This document shows, piece after piece, positions 10,228 through 21,528 of a stretch of DNA of 64,000 nt. Every line of letters begins with the position of its first letter. The first letter of the stretch is position 1. The notes under the pieces are model-generated. The model saw only the letters and a list, made by a program, of their open reading frames with translations. It had not been told where the DNA came from and ran no database searches. This stretch comes from an uncultured Candidatus Rokubacteria bacterium (GTDB lineage: Bacteria > Methylomirabilota > Methylomirabilia > Rokubacteriales > CSP1-6), in NCBI GenBank assembly GCA_963758635.1, contig CAVWWD010000008.1, positions 480,001 through 544,000 on the forward strand, given 5' to 3'. The position numbers and the translations under genes are program-made.

Positions 10228-10712
10228 CCCTGGCGGCCGGGACGTCCGGCGGCGCCGACGCCTCCACGCCGTTGAACGCGGTGGATGCCGCGCTGCTCGC
10301 GGCGGGCATCGGCAACATCAACCTGGTCAAGCTCTCGAGCATCGTTCCTCCTCGAGTGACGATCGTACCGTTGCCCCGCATCCGGCCGGGGGCGATCGTC
10401 CCGACCGCCTACGCCATGATGGTGAGCGACGTGCCCGGCGACACGATCGCCGCGGCGGTCGGGTGGGCTCTTCCCGAGGACCGGGAGGCCGCCGGTGTCA
10501 TCATGGAAGTCCACGACCGCATGAGTGCGAAGGAGGCGGAGCGCCAGGTCGAGGAGATGCTCGACGAGGCGTTTCACCTGCGCGGCGCGCGGATGCGGGA
10601 GCGCGCCGTGTTCGTGGCGGAGCATCAGGTCGTCCGGGTGGGGTGCGCGGTCGCCGCGGTCACCCTGCTCGGGATGGACGACCTGCTCGACCCGGCGGCC
10701 GACGGGGCGTAG
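10197..10712 (+). CDS. pdaD: Pyruvoyl-dependent arginine decarboxylase
   Basis: LNAVDAALLAAGIGNINLVKLSSIVPP containing the Ser-Ser self-cleavage site. Confidence 0.85.
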   Translation: MSTGLFVTRVTLAAGTSGGADASTPLNAVDAALLAAGIGNINLVKLSSIVPPRVTIVPLPRIRPGAIVPTAYAMMVSDVPGDTIAAAVGWALPEDREAAGVIMEVHDRMSAKEAERQVEEMLDEAFHLRGARMRERAVFVAEHQVVRVGCAVAAVTLLGMDDLLDPAADGA

Positions 10713-10794
10713 GAGCCAACCTGCAGAGACGCGAGCGCGCTTGCCGGCATGTGCCCGGGGCCCCCCTCCGGTCCAAAACCGAGGGGGGGCCTTG

Positions 10795-10812
10795 TGTACA
10801 GCCTGGTGTACA
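10795..10812. promoter_or_regulatory. TA operator: two TGTACA palindromes, 12 bp centre-to-centre
   Basis: TGTACA at 10795-10800 and 10807-10812, just upstream of the antitoxin ATG. Confidence 0.65.
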
Positions 10813-10821
10813 CTCCCAGAC

Positions 10822-11085
10822 ATGGCCAAGGACCTCACGATCACGGAAGCGCGGAAGCGGTTGCTGGATTTGCCCGATGCCAAGTCGCCCGGAGTGATCC
10901 GGGTCACGCGGCGCGGTCAGCCGGCCTTGGCAATTCTGCCGTGGGACGACTACGAGAGCATCGTCGAGACGCTCGAGGTCTTGAGCGATCCCGAGCTCAT
11001 GGCGACGCTGCGCGCGAGTCTCGCCGATCTCCGCGGCGGCAAAGTGTACACGCACGGGGAGGCCCGCGCCCGCCTGCTCGGATGA
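10822..11085 (+). CDS. Phd/YefM family antitoxin
   Basis: LTITEARKRL...VTRRGQPALAIL...YESIVETLEVLSDP; overlaps the toxin by ATGA. Confidence 0.9.
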   Translation: MAKDLTITEARKRLLDLPDAKSPGVIRVTRRGQPALAILPWDDYESIVETLEVLSDPELMATLRASLADLRGGKVYTHGEARARLLG

Positions 11086-11405
11086 CCGGCCCGCGGTACA
11101 CCGTCCTCTGGCGCGAGACCGCGCTGAAGCTGGCCGAGGCGATCCGCGACCGCCGCGAGCGCGCGCTGGTGGTCGAACGGGCCGCTCAGCTCGCCGAGAG
11201 TCCCGAGCAGCAAGGCAAGGCGCTCATCGGCGAACTCGCCGGCTTACGGTCGATCCGCACCGTCGGACAGCGCTACCGGATCATCTACCGCGTCGAGCGG
11301 CGCGAGGTGATCGTGCTCGTCGTGGCGGTGGGGCGCCGGAAGGACGGGGACCGCGGCGACATCTACGCGCTCGCCCGCAGGCTGTTCCGCCAGAAGCTGC
11401 TGTAG
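11082..11405 (+). CDS. RelE/ParE family toxin
   Basis: GKALIGELAGLRSIR...YRIIYRV...VLVVAVGRR. Confidence 0.9.
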   Translation: MTGPRYTVLWRETALKLAEAIRDRRERALVVERAAQLAESPEQQGKALIGELAGLRSIRTVGQRYRIIYRVERREVIVLVVAVGRRKDGDRGDIYALARRLFRQKLL

Positions 11406-11510
11406 AGATCACGCCCCGTCGCGGGGCGCCCCTTCATCCGCCACAGCTCGTCAGGGAGCCTTCCCGCGGCCCGGCCACGCGCGGGGTGCGGCGTCAGGCA
11501 CCGACGATCG

Positions 11511-11561
11511 TTTGCCTCGGGGCTCATCATGCGAGGCCGGAGCCTGAAGGAGGTGCAGGAC
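11511..11561 (+). pseudogene. Tyrosine integrase C-terminal relic
   Basis: Translates [16 protein letters not shown], the box II segment that normally follows RHT; followed by two TCAGCACAAA repeats. Confidence 0.55.
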
Positions 11562-11632
11562 CTTCGAGGACTTCAGCACAAAATCAGCACAAAGCGAGGT
11601 AGACTCGCCTCCGACGCCTCGTAAACCCGCAC

Positions 11633-11709
11633 GCGCCCGTAGCTCAGTTGGATAGAGCGTCGGACTTCGAATCCGAAGGTCGCAGGTTCGATTCCTGCCG
11701 GGCGCACCA
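11633..11709 (+). tRNA. tRNA-Arg (anticodon TCG)
   Basis: Acceptor GCGCCCG/CGGGCGC, D arm GCTC/GAGC, anticodon stem TCGGA/TCCGA with loop CT-TCG-AA, T loop TTCGATT, encoded CCA. Confidence 0.97.
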
Positions 11710-11757
11710 ATATTCGCAGAGAGTTACGACGCGGTGGCCTTCGATCACTTTCCCGCT

Positions 11758-11780
11758 GGTGCTACTCACGGTGCTACTCC
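11758..11780 (+). repeat. Putative integrase arm-type sites (left)
   Basis: GGTGCTACTCAC GGTGCTACTCC, the same motif as at 26863-26898. Confidence 0.75.
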
Positions 11781-12808
11781 GCTCCGCTGGCCTCAGCCTT
11801 CTCGGGCTCCACCTTGCGGCTGGCCAGCCGCTCAATCGCGGCGTGCCGATGTCCCGGCGACAGGTGCGCGTATCGCTGAACCATGGTGAAGGTCTTCCAT
11901 CCTCCGAGGTCCTTGATCGTGAGCAGATCCACGCCTTCCATGGCCAGGCGAGAGGCGAAGGTATGCCGATAATGCCGGAGATCATGGAAGCGGAAGTCTT
12001 CGATCTCGGCGTCTTCTACGGCCGCAGGGACGGTCTTTTCGGGCCACCGGAGGTCGAGCTTTCCCTCGCTGTTCGGGAATACGAGCGCCGCCCCGTCCAG
12101 CGGGCGGGGGAGGCTCCCGATGATGGTCCGCACCGTGGAGGTGAGCGGGACGTGCCGCGTCTCGCCGTTCTTCGAGCGCGGGATCGTGAGCACCCCGGCC
12201 TTAAGGTCCACGTCCTTCCACCGCAGGCTGAGAAACTCGCTCTTGCGGAGTCCCGTTTGTAGCAGCACGGTTACCCGCTGGCGGTCGCCTTCGGTTGCAG
12301 GGGCTCGCATCAGTCCCTTCTCCTCGGCGTCGGTCAGATAGCGAATGCGACCGCTTGGCTCCCTGAGCATTCCCACCTTGGTCACCGGGTTCCGCTCCGT
12401 CTTGCCGTCACGGATCGCCACGTTGAACACTCGACGGAGCAAAGCAAACTCCCGGTTTATGGTGGCGGGCTTGATCTTGGTGAGCCGCTCGGTGCGCAGG
12501 CGCTCTAGCTCGGCGGGCGCGATGTCCTCAAGGGTACGGCCGGCGAAACGGTCCTTCCATCGCTTCCCATGCCGGTCGTCGTCCTTCCAGGAGCGCTTGC
12601 TCTTGTTGTGCTTGAGGTACTCGTCAATCACGTCCGCCACGAGGTAGCTCGTGGGCTTTGGCTGATGCTTCGGGCAGGGACGTTCCAGGCGATGCCGCTC
12701 CGCCTCCACTCGGGCTCGGCTCTTCGGGCCGACGAGAGCCCGATGAAGGTGCCCATGACCGCATGCCCACCTAATCCACCAGTCGCCCCGTTCTCGACCA
12801 CCTCCCAC
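11774..12808 (-). CDS. Tyrosine recombinase/phage integrase
   Basis: TGLRKSE (R), SKNG (K), FHDLRH (HxxR), LGGW, QRYAH (Y); N-terminus looks clipped. Confidence 0.92.
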   Translation of the reverse strand: MGGGRERGDWWIRWACGHGHLHRALVGPKSRARVEAERHRLERPCPKHQPKPTSYLVADVIDEYLKHNKSKRSWKDDDRHGKRWKDRFAGRTLEDIAPAELERLRTERLTKIKPATINREFALLRRVFNVAIRDGKTERNPVTKVGMLREPSGRIRYLTDAEEKGLMRAPATEGDRQRVTVLLQTGLRKSEFLSLRWKDVDLKAGVLTIPRSKNGETRHVPLTSTVRTIIGSLPRPLDGAALVFPNSEGKLDLRWPEKTVPAAVEDAEIEDFRFHDLRHYRHTFASRLAMEGVDLLTIKDLGGWKTFTMVQRYAHLSPGHRHAAIERLASRKVEPEKAEASGAE

Positions 12809-12896
12809 CTTCTTCAGCTCCTGGGTGCCGCGAACGTTGGCTCGCGGGCGTCACGCGCGCGGCCAAGATGAGCACGCGATCACCTACGTGGATTCG

Positions 12897-13524
12897 ATGG
12901 CAACGTTGAAGGCTAGGATCCTGGCGTTGATTCGGTCCACGCCGGGCCTGACGGATCGAGAGGTCACGGATCGAGTGCTTGGCGCCGGGGCGGCCCAGCA
13001 GGCCGTCAACCAGGCGGCGAGGTCACTTGCGGCCGACCATCTGGCCGAGAGGCGAACCCGCCACGACGGGAAGATCGGCAACTATCCGGCCGACAGCGCT
13101 CCGGAGGCATCGACCCCGACGGACGGGAGCGCGGTGGCTCCTGTCACGGACCCGCTATCCGAGGATGAAGTTAAGCGCACGCTCCAGGCGTGGCTTGAGG
13201 CCGCGGGCTGGACCGTCTCGGTCGTGTGGGGCCGGGGCCAAGGCATTGACATCGACGCGGTCCAATCGGATCGCCGCTGGGTCATCGAAGCCAAGGGCCC
13301 GAGGATCGCTCGACCCCATGCGCGTCAACTATTTTCTCGGGGTACTCGGCGAACTTCTTCAGCGCATGACCGATCCCGCGGCCAAGTACAGTATCGCGTT
13401 GCCGGACCTTCCGCAGTTCCGCCGGCTGTGGGACCGCCTGCCTGAGCTAGCCAAACAGCGCACCGGCATCTCAGCCCTATTCGTAAGCGAATCCGGCCGC
13501 GTTGACGAGGTGGCGCCGAGATGA
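12897..13524 (+). CDS. wHTH plus PD-(D/E)XK restriction-endonuclease-like protein (frameshift near 13298)
   Basis: N-terminal ILALIRSTPGLTDREV; LSEDEVK...GIDIDA...WVIEAKG nuclease motif; the C-terminus continues in the 12979 frame. Confidence 0.7.
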
Positions 13525-13675
13525 AGGTGATCTACAAGATCACGTACCCGAGCGGGAAGATCTACATCGGCAAGGACCGATAGCGTTAACTACCTCGGGA
13601 GTGCGGCCTCCTCGGCCATCGCGGCGTGCGCACCGATCCAATGACCCTGCCGTGGGATACAACCGCTGGCCGAGA
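13521..13675 (+). pseudogene. GIY-YIG nuclease relic with internal deletions
   Basis: MKVIYKITYPSGKIYIGKD, then out-of-frame SVNYLGSA and RSNDPAVGYNRWP. Confidence 0.7.
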
Positions 13676-14576
13676 GTCACGCCGTCGATCAAGGTTTCAT
13701 CAAGGTTTCCAACGAGCGCGGCCGGACATCAAGCGGCGGACGGTGCTGGCTCTCCCGAGCAACAGGCTTGACCGGGCCGACCTAACAACGCTCGGCTAAG
13801 GACTCGTCAGAAGATAACTGATCGAACATGGGCAACCGAATGATACGTTCGGACCGTCCTGGCACGTCGAGAACGACGCGATTCCACCGCTCGACAGCGG
13901 GGCAAGATTCGTTCACTTATTGTCTTACGAGCCCTAAGGCGTCATGTGCTCGGTGTCATCCACCGGTACGATAGCGGTCGAGACTCCGCCGCGCTCGGTC
14001 TCGCACGTTCTTCGACTTGGCCGACGCAGCCAACTCCTTTAGCACCGCCAGTGACCGCTCGGCCTCAGCAGCAATCCTCGCCCGAGTCGCCGCAACGATG
14101 GCCTTCCGTGTCGCGTTCTCTTCGGTCAACTGAACCCTGAACTGGCGGAGCATCCCGATCGCCTCCTCGTCGGCGTCCGTTGCCGGTGCCGGAATCAGCC
14201 ACTGGTTCTGACCAACGACAACCTTCTGGGTCGGCGTGGTGGCGGAGCCACCACCACGCCCGCTCCTGTCACCGTGTCCGCCCGCCACGGTCCGAGTCCG
14301 CCATGGCGGACTCGGCCGTGCCTCGCCACCGTGACCCAGGCCGGGAGAGGCCTCGTGCCGACCCGACCCACGGCCACCCGCGTCGTCAAGGCGGACGAGT
14401 ACATCGGGTCTCGGCTGGGTGCGCGTCCCCGGGGACCTTGCTCGAGCAAGACTGAGGTAACATCCCCGGGACGATGCACCTGTACAGGGGCACCGGAGCA
14501 ACGTTCGCGGCCGAGATCGCCTCCGGCGGCCTGTCCGACATCCTGTCGAGGTGCTTCACGGAGCGCCTTGGCTTCA

Positions 14577-14716
14577 CGTGCATCACGGGAGGGCCGAGCA
14601 GCGCGTCGCCAGCACGAGCGACCGTGCTCGGCTTGGCCTTCGCGGCCCACCCGGAGCGATTCCCGCCGGGCCGCCCCACCCGGCGTGCCCCATCGACGTC
14701 TGGATCAATCCGCCCA
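14577..14716 (+). pseudogene. IS3-family transposase C-terminal remnant
   Basis: VHHGRA...RATVLGLAFAAHPERFP...DVWINPP, a recognisable C-terminal signature. Confidence 0.6.
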
Positions 14717-14831
14717 TGATCCTGGCGCCTGTGCAGACATCATCGGCGATCTCTCGTTCTCGGTTGCCCACGCGGCAGCCGTCGCCTAGGCTGTCGGCGA
14801 CCGCTGCGCCGTGGGAGGCAAGGAGAGGCTG

Positions 14832-17814
14832 ATGGGTCGCCGGGCAAAGCCCTCGAAGGGGAAGGCGGAAGCCAAGCGACCGCTCGCCGGCAAGACGCCG
14901 AAGGACGACGGCGCCAGGGTTCGCGACCTGGAGAAGGGCCTGGCTGAGGCACTGCAGCGAGAGCAAGTGTTGGTCGAGCAGCAGACGGCGACGAGCGAGA
15001 TCCTCCGGGTCATCGCCAGCTCGCCGACCGACCTCCAGCCCGTGTTCGAGGGCATCGCCCGCAGCGGCGTGCGGCTCGGCGCCTTGGGCTGCACCGTATT
15101 CCGGATCGAGGGGGACGTGCTGCGTGTGGTGGCGCACGCCGGCGTGCGGCCCGAGCGCGTCGAGCGCTTCCAGACCCAGTTTCCCGCCGGCTCAGCGCGC
15201 GCCCGAGTTCGTGCGCACCGTGCGGTCGAGCGGCATCTTTCACCTGGCTGACATCGAGCACAACGCCGAGGCGGACGCCGGCCAACGTCGAGACCGCACG
15301 GCGTCGGGGGCTACCGCACTCGCCTGCTGGCGCCGATGATGCGCGGCGACAGCCGCTCGGCATCATCGTGGTCGACGCGGCGAGGCGCCGGGCCGTTCTC
15401 CGACCGGCAGGTGGAGCTGCTGAAGACCTTCGCCGAGCAGGCGGTGATCGCGATCGAGAACGTGCGGCTGTTCACCGAGCTGCAGGCGCGCAATGCCGAT
15501 CTGACCGAAGCCCTCGAGCAGCAGACGGCCACGGCCGAGATCCTGCGGGTGATCTCGTCCTCGCCGACCGACACCCAGCCGGTCTTCGACGCGATCGCGG
15601 CCAACGCCGCCCGCCTGTGCAGCGCCAACGATGCCCAGGTGCTGCGCGTGGACGGCGACGTGCTCCGGCTCGTCGCCGCGTTCGGGGCGCCCTCGATGCC
15701 TCCGGTGCGCCGACTGACCCGAGGGCACCTCGTGGGGCGCGCGGTAATCGATCGCCGGACCATTCACGTCGGCAGCCACGCCGAGGCGCGGGCGGACTAT
15801 CCCGAGACGACGAGCGGCCAGTTCAACGTGGAATCCGCGCTCGCGGTCCCTCTCCTCCGGGAGGGCGTCCCGCTCGGGGTGATCCGGATCAGCCGCACCG
15901 AGATCCGCCCGTTCACGGACAAGCAGGCCGCGCTGCTCCAGACCTTCGCCGATCAGGCGGTCATCGCCATCGAGAACGTGCGGCTGTTCACCGAGCTGCA
16001 GGCGAGTAACCGCGAGCTGACCACGGCGCTGGACACGCAGACCGCCACCAGCGACATCTTGCGCGTCATCAGCCGCTCGCAGACGGACGTGCAGCCGGTG
16101 TTCGATGCGATCGTGGGCAGCGCTGTCCGGTTGCTGCGTGGGCACTCTGGCGTGCTTACGCGGGTGGCGCGGGATCAGATCGAGCTCGCCGCGCTCACGA
16201 GCACCGACGAGGCGGCCGACGCCGCCTTGAGGGCGCGCTTCCCGCGGCCGCTCCACGCCGTGGGAATGCACGCCCAGGCCATTCGCGATCGGGCGCCGCT
16301 CAATATCGCTGACTCCGAAACCGATTCCCGGGTGACCGAGCCTGCGCGCGCCGTCGCTCGTCGCCCGTGGCTTCCGAAGCCGGGTTGTGGTGCCGCTGCT
16401 CCGTCAGGAAGAGGCGATCGGGACGATCTCGGTGAACCGCCGCGAGCCCGGCGGCGTTCACCGACGACGAGATCGCGCTCCTCCAGACCTTCGCCGACCA
16501 AGCGGTGATCGCGATCGAGAACGCCCGCCTGCTGAGCGAGCTGCAGGCGCGGACGCAGGAGCTCACGCGCTCGGTCGAGCAGCTCACCGCGCTCGGCGAT
16601 GTCGGCCGTGCCGTCAGCTCCTCGCTCGATCTCGACACCGTCCTCACCACGATCGTGGGCCGCGCCGTCCAGCTCTCGGGCACGGACGGGGGCACGATCT
16701 TCGAGTACGACGAGGGCGCGGAAGAGTTCTCGCCGCGCGCGACGCTCAATGCGGACGAGAGCCAGTCCGCGTTGCTGCGCGCGACGCGACTGCGCCGGGG
16801 CGAAGGCGCCGTCGGCCAGATGGCGGTGACGCGGGAGCCGCTCCAGATCCCGGACATCGCGGCGGAAGGCGCCTACGACAGTCGGCTGCGCGGAGCGTTG
16901 CTGGAGGCAGGGACGCGCGCGGTGCTCGCGATCCCGCTGCTCCACGAGGAGCGCATCGTCGGGGGCCTCGTCGTCACTCGTCGCACGCCCGGAGCGTTCA
17001 CCACCGAGATCGTCGAGATCCTGAGAACGTTCGCCACCCAGTCCGCACTCGCGATTGAGAACGCCCGGCTCTTCCGCGAGATCGAGCGCAAGAGCCGGGA
17101 GCTGGAGGCGCCAGCCAGCACAAGAGTGAGTTCCTTGCCAACATGTCCCACGAGCTGCGCACCCCGCTCAACGCGATCATCGGCTACAGCGAGCTGCTGG
17201 AGGAGGAGGCCGGTGACGTGGACGGCGGGCGGCTGGTGCCCGACCTTCAGAAGATCGCCGTCGCCGCCAAGCACCAGCTGTCTCTCATCAACGACATCCT
17301 GGATCTCGCCAAGGTCGAGGCCGGACGGATGGAGCTGGAGCTGGCGGACTTCCACCTGCCGAGTGCCATCGAGAACGCGCTGATCTTGGTGCGGGAGCGG
17401 GCGAGTCGGCGGGGCATCGCGCTCGGGCACACGATCGATTCGGGCCTCGGCATGGTCCGGGCCGACGAGCGCAAGGTGAAGCAGGTGCTCCTGAACCTGC
17501 TCTCCAACGCGATCAAGTTCACCCCCGAGGGTGGGCGAATCGACGTCTGCGCTGGGGTGCGCGACGGTGTCGCGGAGATCTCCGTGGCCGATACCGGGGT
17601 GGGCATCGCGCCCGAGGACCAGGAGGCGGTGTTCGAGGAGTTCCGGCAGGTCGGGACGGCGGCCAAGAAGGTCGAGGGCACGGGGCTCGGCCTCGCCCTC
17701 TCTCGAAAGTTCGTCGAACTGCATGGCGGGCGGATCTGGGTCACGAGCCAGGTGGGAGAGGGCTCGACGTTCACGTTCACGCTGCCGGTGCGCCGCGAGG
17801 AGATGGGAGCGTGA
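14832..17814 (+). CDS. Multi-GAF sensor histidine kinase (several frameshifts)
   Basis: Repeated QQTATSEILRVI / TFADQAVIAIENVRL GAF linkers; H box MSHELRTPLN; NLLSNAIKFT; DTGVGI; GTGLGL. Confidence 0.9.
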
Positions 17815-17908
17815 GGGTACAGGTCGCCAGTCTCTTCCCCCGCTACCGGGTTGGCGCCTTGCACATGGGTGACCACATCCGACCAGGCCGCCGCGAGGGC
17901 ACTCCGGC

Positions 17909-20900
17909 ATGAGGTGTCCCCGGTGCCAGCAGCGAGAACCCCACAGGCATGAAGTTCTGTGGGCAATGCGCGGCGCCTCTCGTGGCCGCTTGCCCCGCGT
18001 GTGGCATGGTCAATCCTCCGGGGAATCGCTTCTGTGGACAGTGCGCGGCTCCGCTCGCCGCTGATTCGGGTGCGAAGGTCCCAAGCCCCGAGTCCTACAC
18101 GCCCAAGCACCTCGCCGAGAAGATCCTCACCTCCAAGGCCGCGCTCGAGGGCGAGCGCAAGCAGGTGACCGTGCTCTTCGCCGACCTCAAGGGCTCGATG
18201 GAGCTGCTCGCCGACCGCGATCCCGAGGAGGCGCGCAAGCTGCTCGACCCGGTGCTCGAGCGCATGATGGAGGCGGTCCACCGCTACGAGGGCACGGTGA
18301 ACCAGGTCATGGGCGACGGGATCATGGCGCTCTTCGGCGCGCCGCTCGCCCACGAGGACCACGCCGTGCGCGCGTGCTACGCGGCGCTCCGGATGCAGGA
18401 GTCGCTGAAGCGCTACGCGGACGACGCGCGCCGCGCGCACGGGGTGGAGGTGCAGATCCGGGTCGGCCTCAACTCGGGGGAGGTCGTCGTCCGCGCGGTC
18501 GGCAGCGATCTCCGCATGGACTACACCGCCGTGGGCCAGACCACTCACCTCGCGGCCCGGATGGAACAGCTCGCGCCGCCCGGGACCGTGCGGCTGACCG
18601 GCGAGACCGTGCGGCTCGCCGAGGGCTACGTCGAGGTGCGGTCGCTCGGGCCCATCCCCGTGAAGGGCCTCCCGGACCCGATCGAGATCTTCGAGCTGAC
18701 GGGGGCGGGGACGGCGCGGACGCGCCTGCAGGCCGCGGCGCTCCGCGGCCTCACGCGCTTCGTCGGCCGCGACGCCGAGGTCGAGCACCTGCGCCGGGTC
18801 CTCGGCCAGGCCGGCGCGGGCCGCGGGCAGGTGGTCGCCATCGTGGGCGAGGCCGGGAGTGGGCAAGTCGCGGCTCACCTACGAGTTCACCCACTCCCAT
18901 CGGGTGCAGGACTGGCTGATCCTGGAGGCCTCGTCCGTCTCCTACGGCAAGGCCACCAGCTACCTGCCCGTGATCGACCTGCTCAAGGGCTACTTCAAGA
19001 TCGGCGACCGGGACGATCACCGGGAGATGCGCGCCAAGGTGCTGGGGCGGGTGCTGGGCCTGGACCGCGCGCTCGAGCCCCTGCTGCCCCCGCTGCTCGC
19101 GCTGCTCGACGTGCCGGTCGAGGACCCGGCCTGGCAGAACCTGGACCCGCCCCAGCGCCGCCAGCGCACGCTGGACGCGGTCAAGCGCCTGCTGCTGCGC
19201 GAGAGCCAGGTGCAGCCGCTGCTGGTGGTCTTCGAGGATCTGCACTGGATCGATGGCGAGACCCAGGCCCTGCTCGACAGCCTCGTGGAGAGCCTCGGGC
19301 TCCGCCCGCCTGCTGCTCCTGGTGAACTACCGCCCCGAGTACGAGCACCGCTGGGGGAGCAAGACGGCGTACTCCCAGCTCCGGCTCGACACCCTGCCCG
19401 CCGAGAGCGCGGCGGAGCTGCTGGCGGCGCTCCTCGGGCCGGACCCCGGGCTGGCCCCGCTGACGCAGATGCTGGTGAAGCGGGGCAACCCGTTCTTCCT
19501 GGAGGAGACGGTGCGGACGCTGGTGGAGACGGGGGCGCTGGCGGGGGAGCGGGGGGCGTACCGGCTGACGCGGCCGGTGGAGGCGCTGCAGGTGCCGGCG
19601 ACGGTGCAGACGATCCTGGCGGCGCGGATCGACCGGCTGCCGGCGGAGGAGAAGCGGCTCCTGCAGGCGGCGTCGGTGATCGGCAAGGACGTGCCCTACG
19701 CGCTCCTGGCGGCGATCGCGGAGCAGCCGGAGGAGGCCCTGCGGCGGGGGCTCGCGCATCTCCAGGAGGCGGAGTTCCTCTACGAGACGCAGCTCTTCCC
19801 GGATCTGGAATTCACCTTCAAGCACGCGCTGACCCACGACGTGGCCTACGCGGGCCTGCTGGGGGAGCGGCGGCGCGATCTTCACGCCGCGGTGGCGGCC
19901 GCCATCGAGCGCCTGCACGCCGATCGCCTCGTCGAGCACGTGGAGCGGCTGGCGCACCACGCGCGGCAGGGCGAGGTCTGGGACAAGGCGGTGCGCTACC
20001 TGCGCCAGGCCGGCACCAAGGCCTTCCTGCGCTCGGCCAACCGCGAGGCGGCCACCTGCTTCGAGCAGGCGCTCGACGCGCTCCGGCGGCTGCCGGAGCA
20101 TCCCGACGCGATCGCCGAGTCCCTCGACCTCCGCTTCGACCTCCGCAACGCGCTCATCCCGCTCGGCGAGCGGGGACGGATAGGGGCCCTCCTCGACGAG
20201 GCCGAAGCCCTCGCGGAGGCCGTCGGCGACCAGCGCCGCCTCGGCCGCGCGCTGAACTACAAGGCGATCCAGTTCGGGCTGGCCGGCGACTTCGCGGCGG
20301 CGATCCAGGCCGGACTTCGCGCCCTGGCCATCGGCGAGTCGCAGGCGGACGTCGCCATCCAGGTTGTCGCCAACGGGTATCTTGGCCGGGTGTACGTGGC
20401 GCGGGGCGAGTGCCGCGAGGCCGTCCGGCACTGCGAGGCCGCGCTCGCGCTGATCCCGGAGGGCCTGGCGCAGGAGCGATTCGGTCAGGCCGCCATCCAG
20501 GGCTCGTACGTGCGGGACACGCTTGCCAGGGCGCTCGGGGCGCTCGGGCGGTTCGCCGAGGCGTTCGGGCGTCTCCGCGAGGCGATGCACATCGCGGAGG
20601 AGGCGGGGCACGTCTACACGCTTGTCTTCCCCCTCTTCGGCCTCGGCACCCTCAAGCTCGATCAGGGCGACTTCGCCGGCGCCGTGGCCCCGCTGGAGCG
20701 CGGCCTCGATCTCTGCCGGACGAGAGAGGTGCCCTTGCTGCTCCACGACTTCGCCTGGGCGCTGGGCGCGGCGTACCACGGGACCGGCCGCCGCGCCGAG
20801 GGGGTCGCCCTGATGGAGGACGCCGCCCGTGGCCTCGCCGAGCGGACCGTGAGGTTGGCGGGGTGGCCCGGCCGCGTCGGGGCGCTCGGCGGGGCGTACC

Positions 20901-21230
20901 TCCTCGACGGGCGGCTGGCGGACGCCACCCGGATCGCCCAGGACGGGCTCGCGGCGGCTCGGCAGCGGGGGGAACGGGGGGTGGAGGGCCACGTCCTGCG
21001 ATTGCTCGGCGACATCGCGGCCCATCCCGACCGCTTCGAGGTCGATACCGCGGAGGCGCACTATCGCCAGGCCCTGGCCCTGGCCGAGGCGCTGGGCCTG
21101 CGCCCGCTCGTCGCCCACTGCCACCTCGGCCTCGGCAAGCTCTACCGGCGCACGGGCAAGCGCGAGCAGGCGCAGCGAGCACCTCACCACCGCGACGACG
21201 ATGTACCGCGAGATGGACATGACGTACTAG
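17909..21230 (+). CDS. Double zinc ribbon + class III nucleotidyl cyclase + AAA ATPase + TPR protein (frameshifts; C-terminus clipped)
   Basis: CxxC pairs; [21 protein letters not shown]; Walker A GEAG(V)[13 protein letters not shown]; helical TPR-like tail. Confidence 0.9.
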
Positions 21231-21231
21231 C

Positions 21232-21528
21232 ATGCAATGCAAACGTCTCGCAGATCTGGCCGCAAAGAATCGGCTTCCGGCCGTGTACATTTCGATGAGG
21301 GAATGTGTGTCTGGCGGAGGCCTGATGTCCTATGGAGCGAACTCCCAGGATCTCTACCGGCGCATGGCCACGCACGTCGATAAAATCCTGAAAGGAGCTA
21401 AGCCCGGGGACCTGCCCGTCGAGCAGCCCACCAAGTTCGAGCTGGTCATCAACCTCAAGACCGCCAAGGCGCTCGGCCTCACGATCCCGCCGTCGCTGCT
21501 GGCGCGGGCGGACCAGGTGATCGAGTGA
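21232..21528 (+). pseudogene. C-terminal fragment of an ABC substrate-binding protein (ABC_sub_bind type)
   Basis: GGLMSYG...[33 protein letters not shown]; lacks the N-terminal two thirds. Confidence 0.8.
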
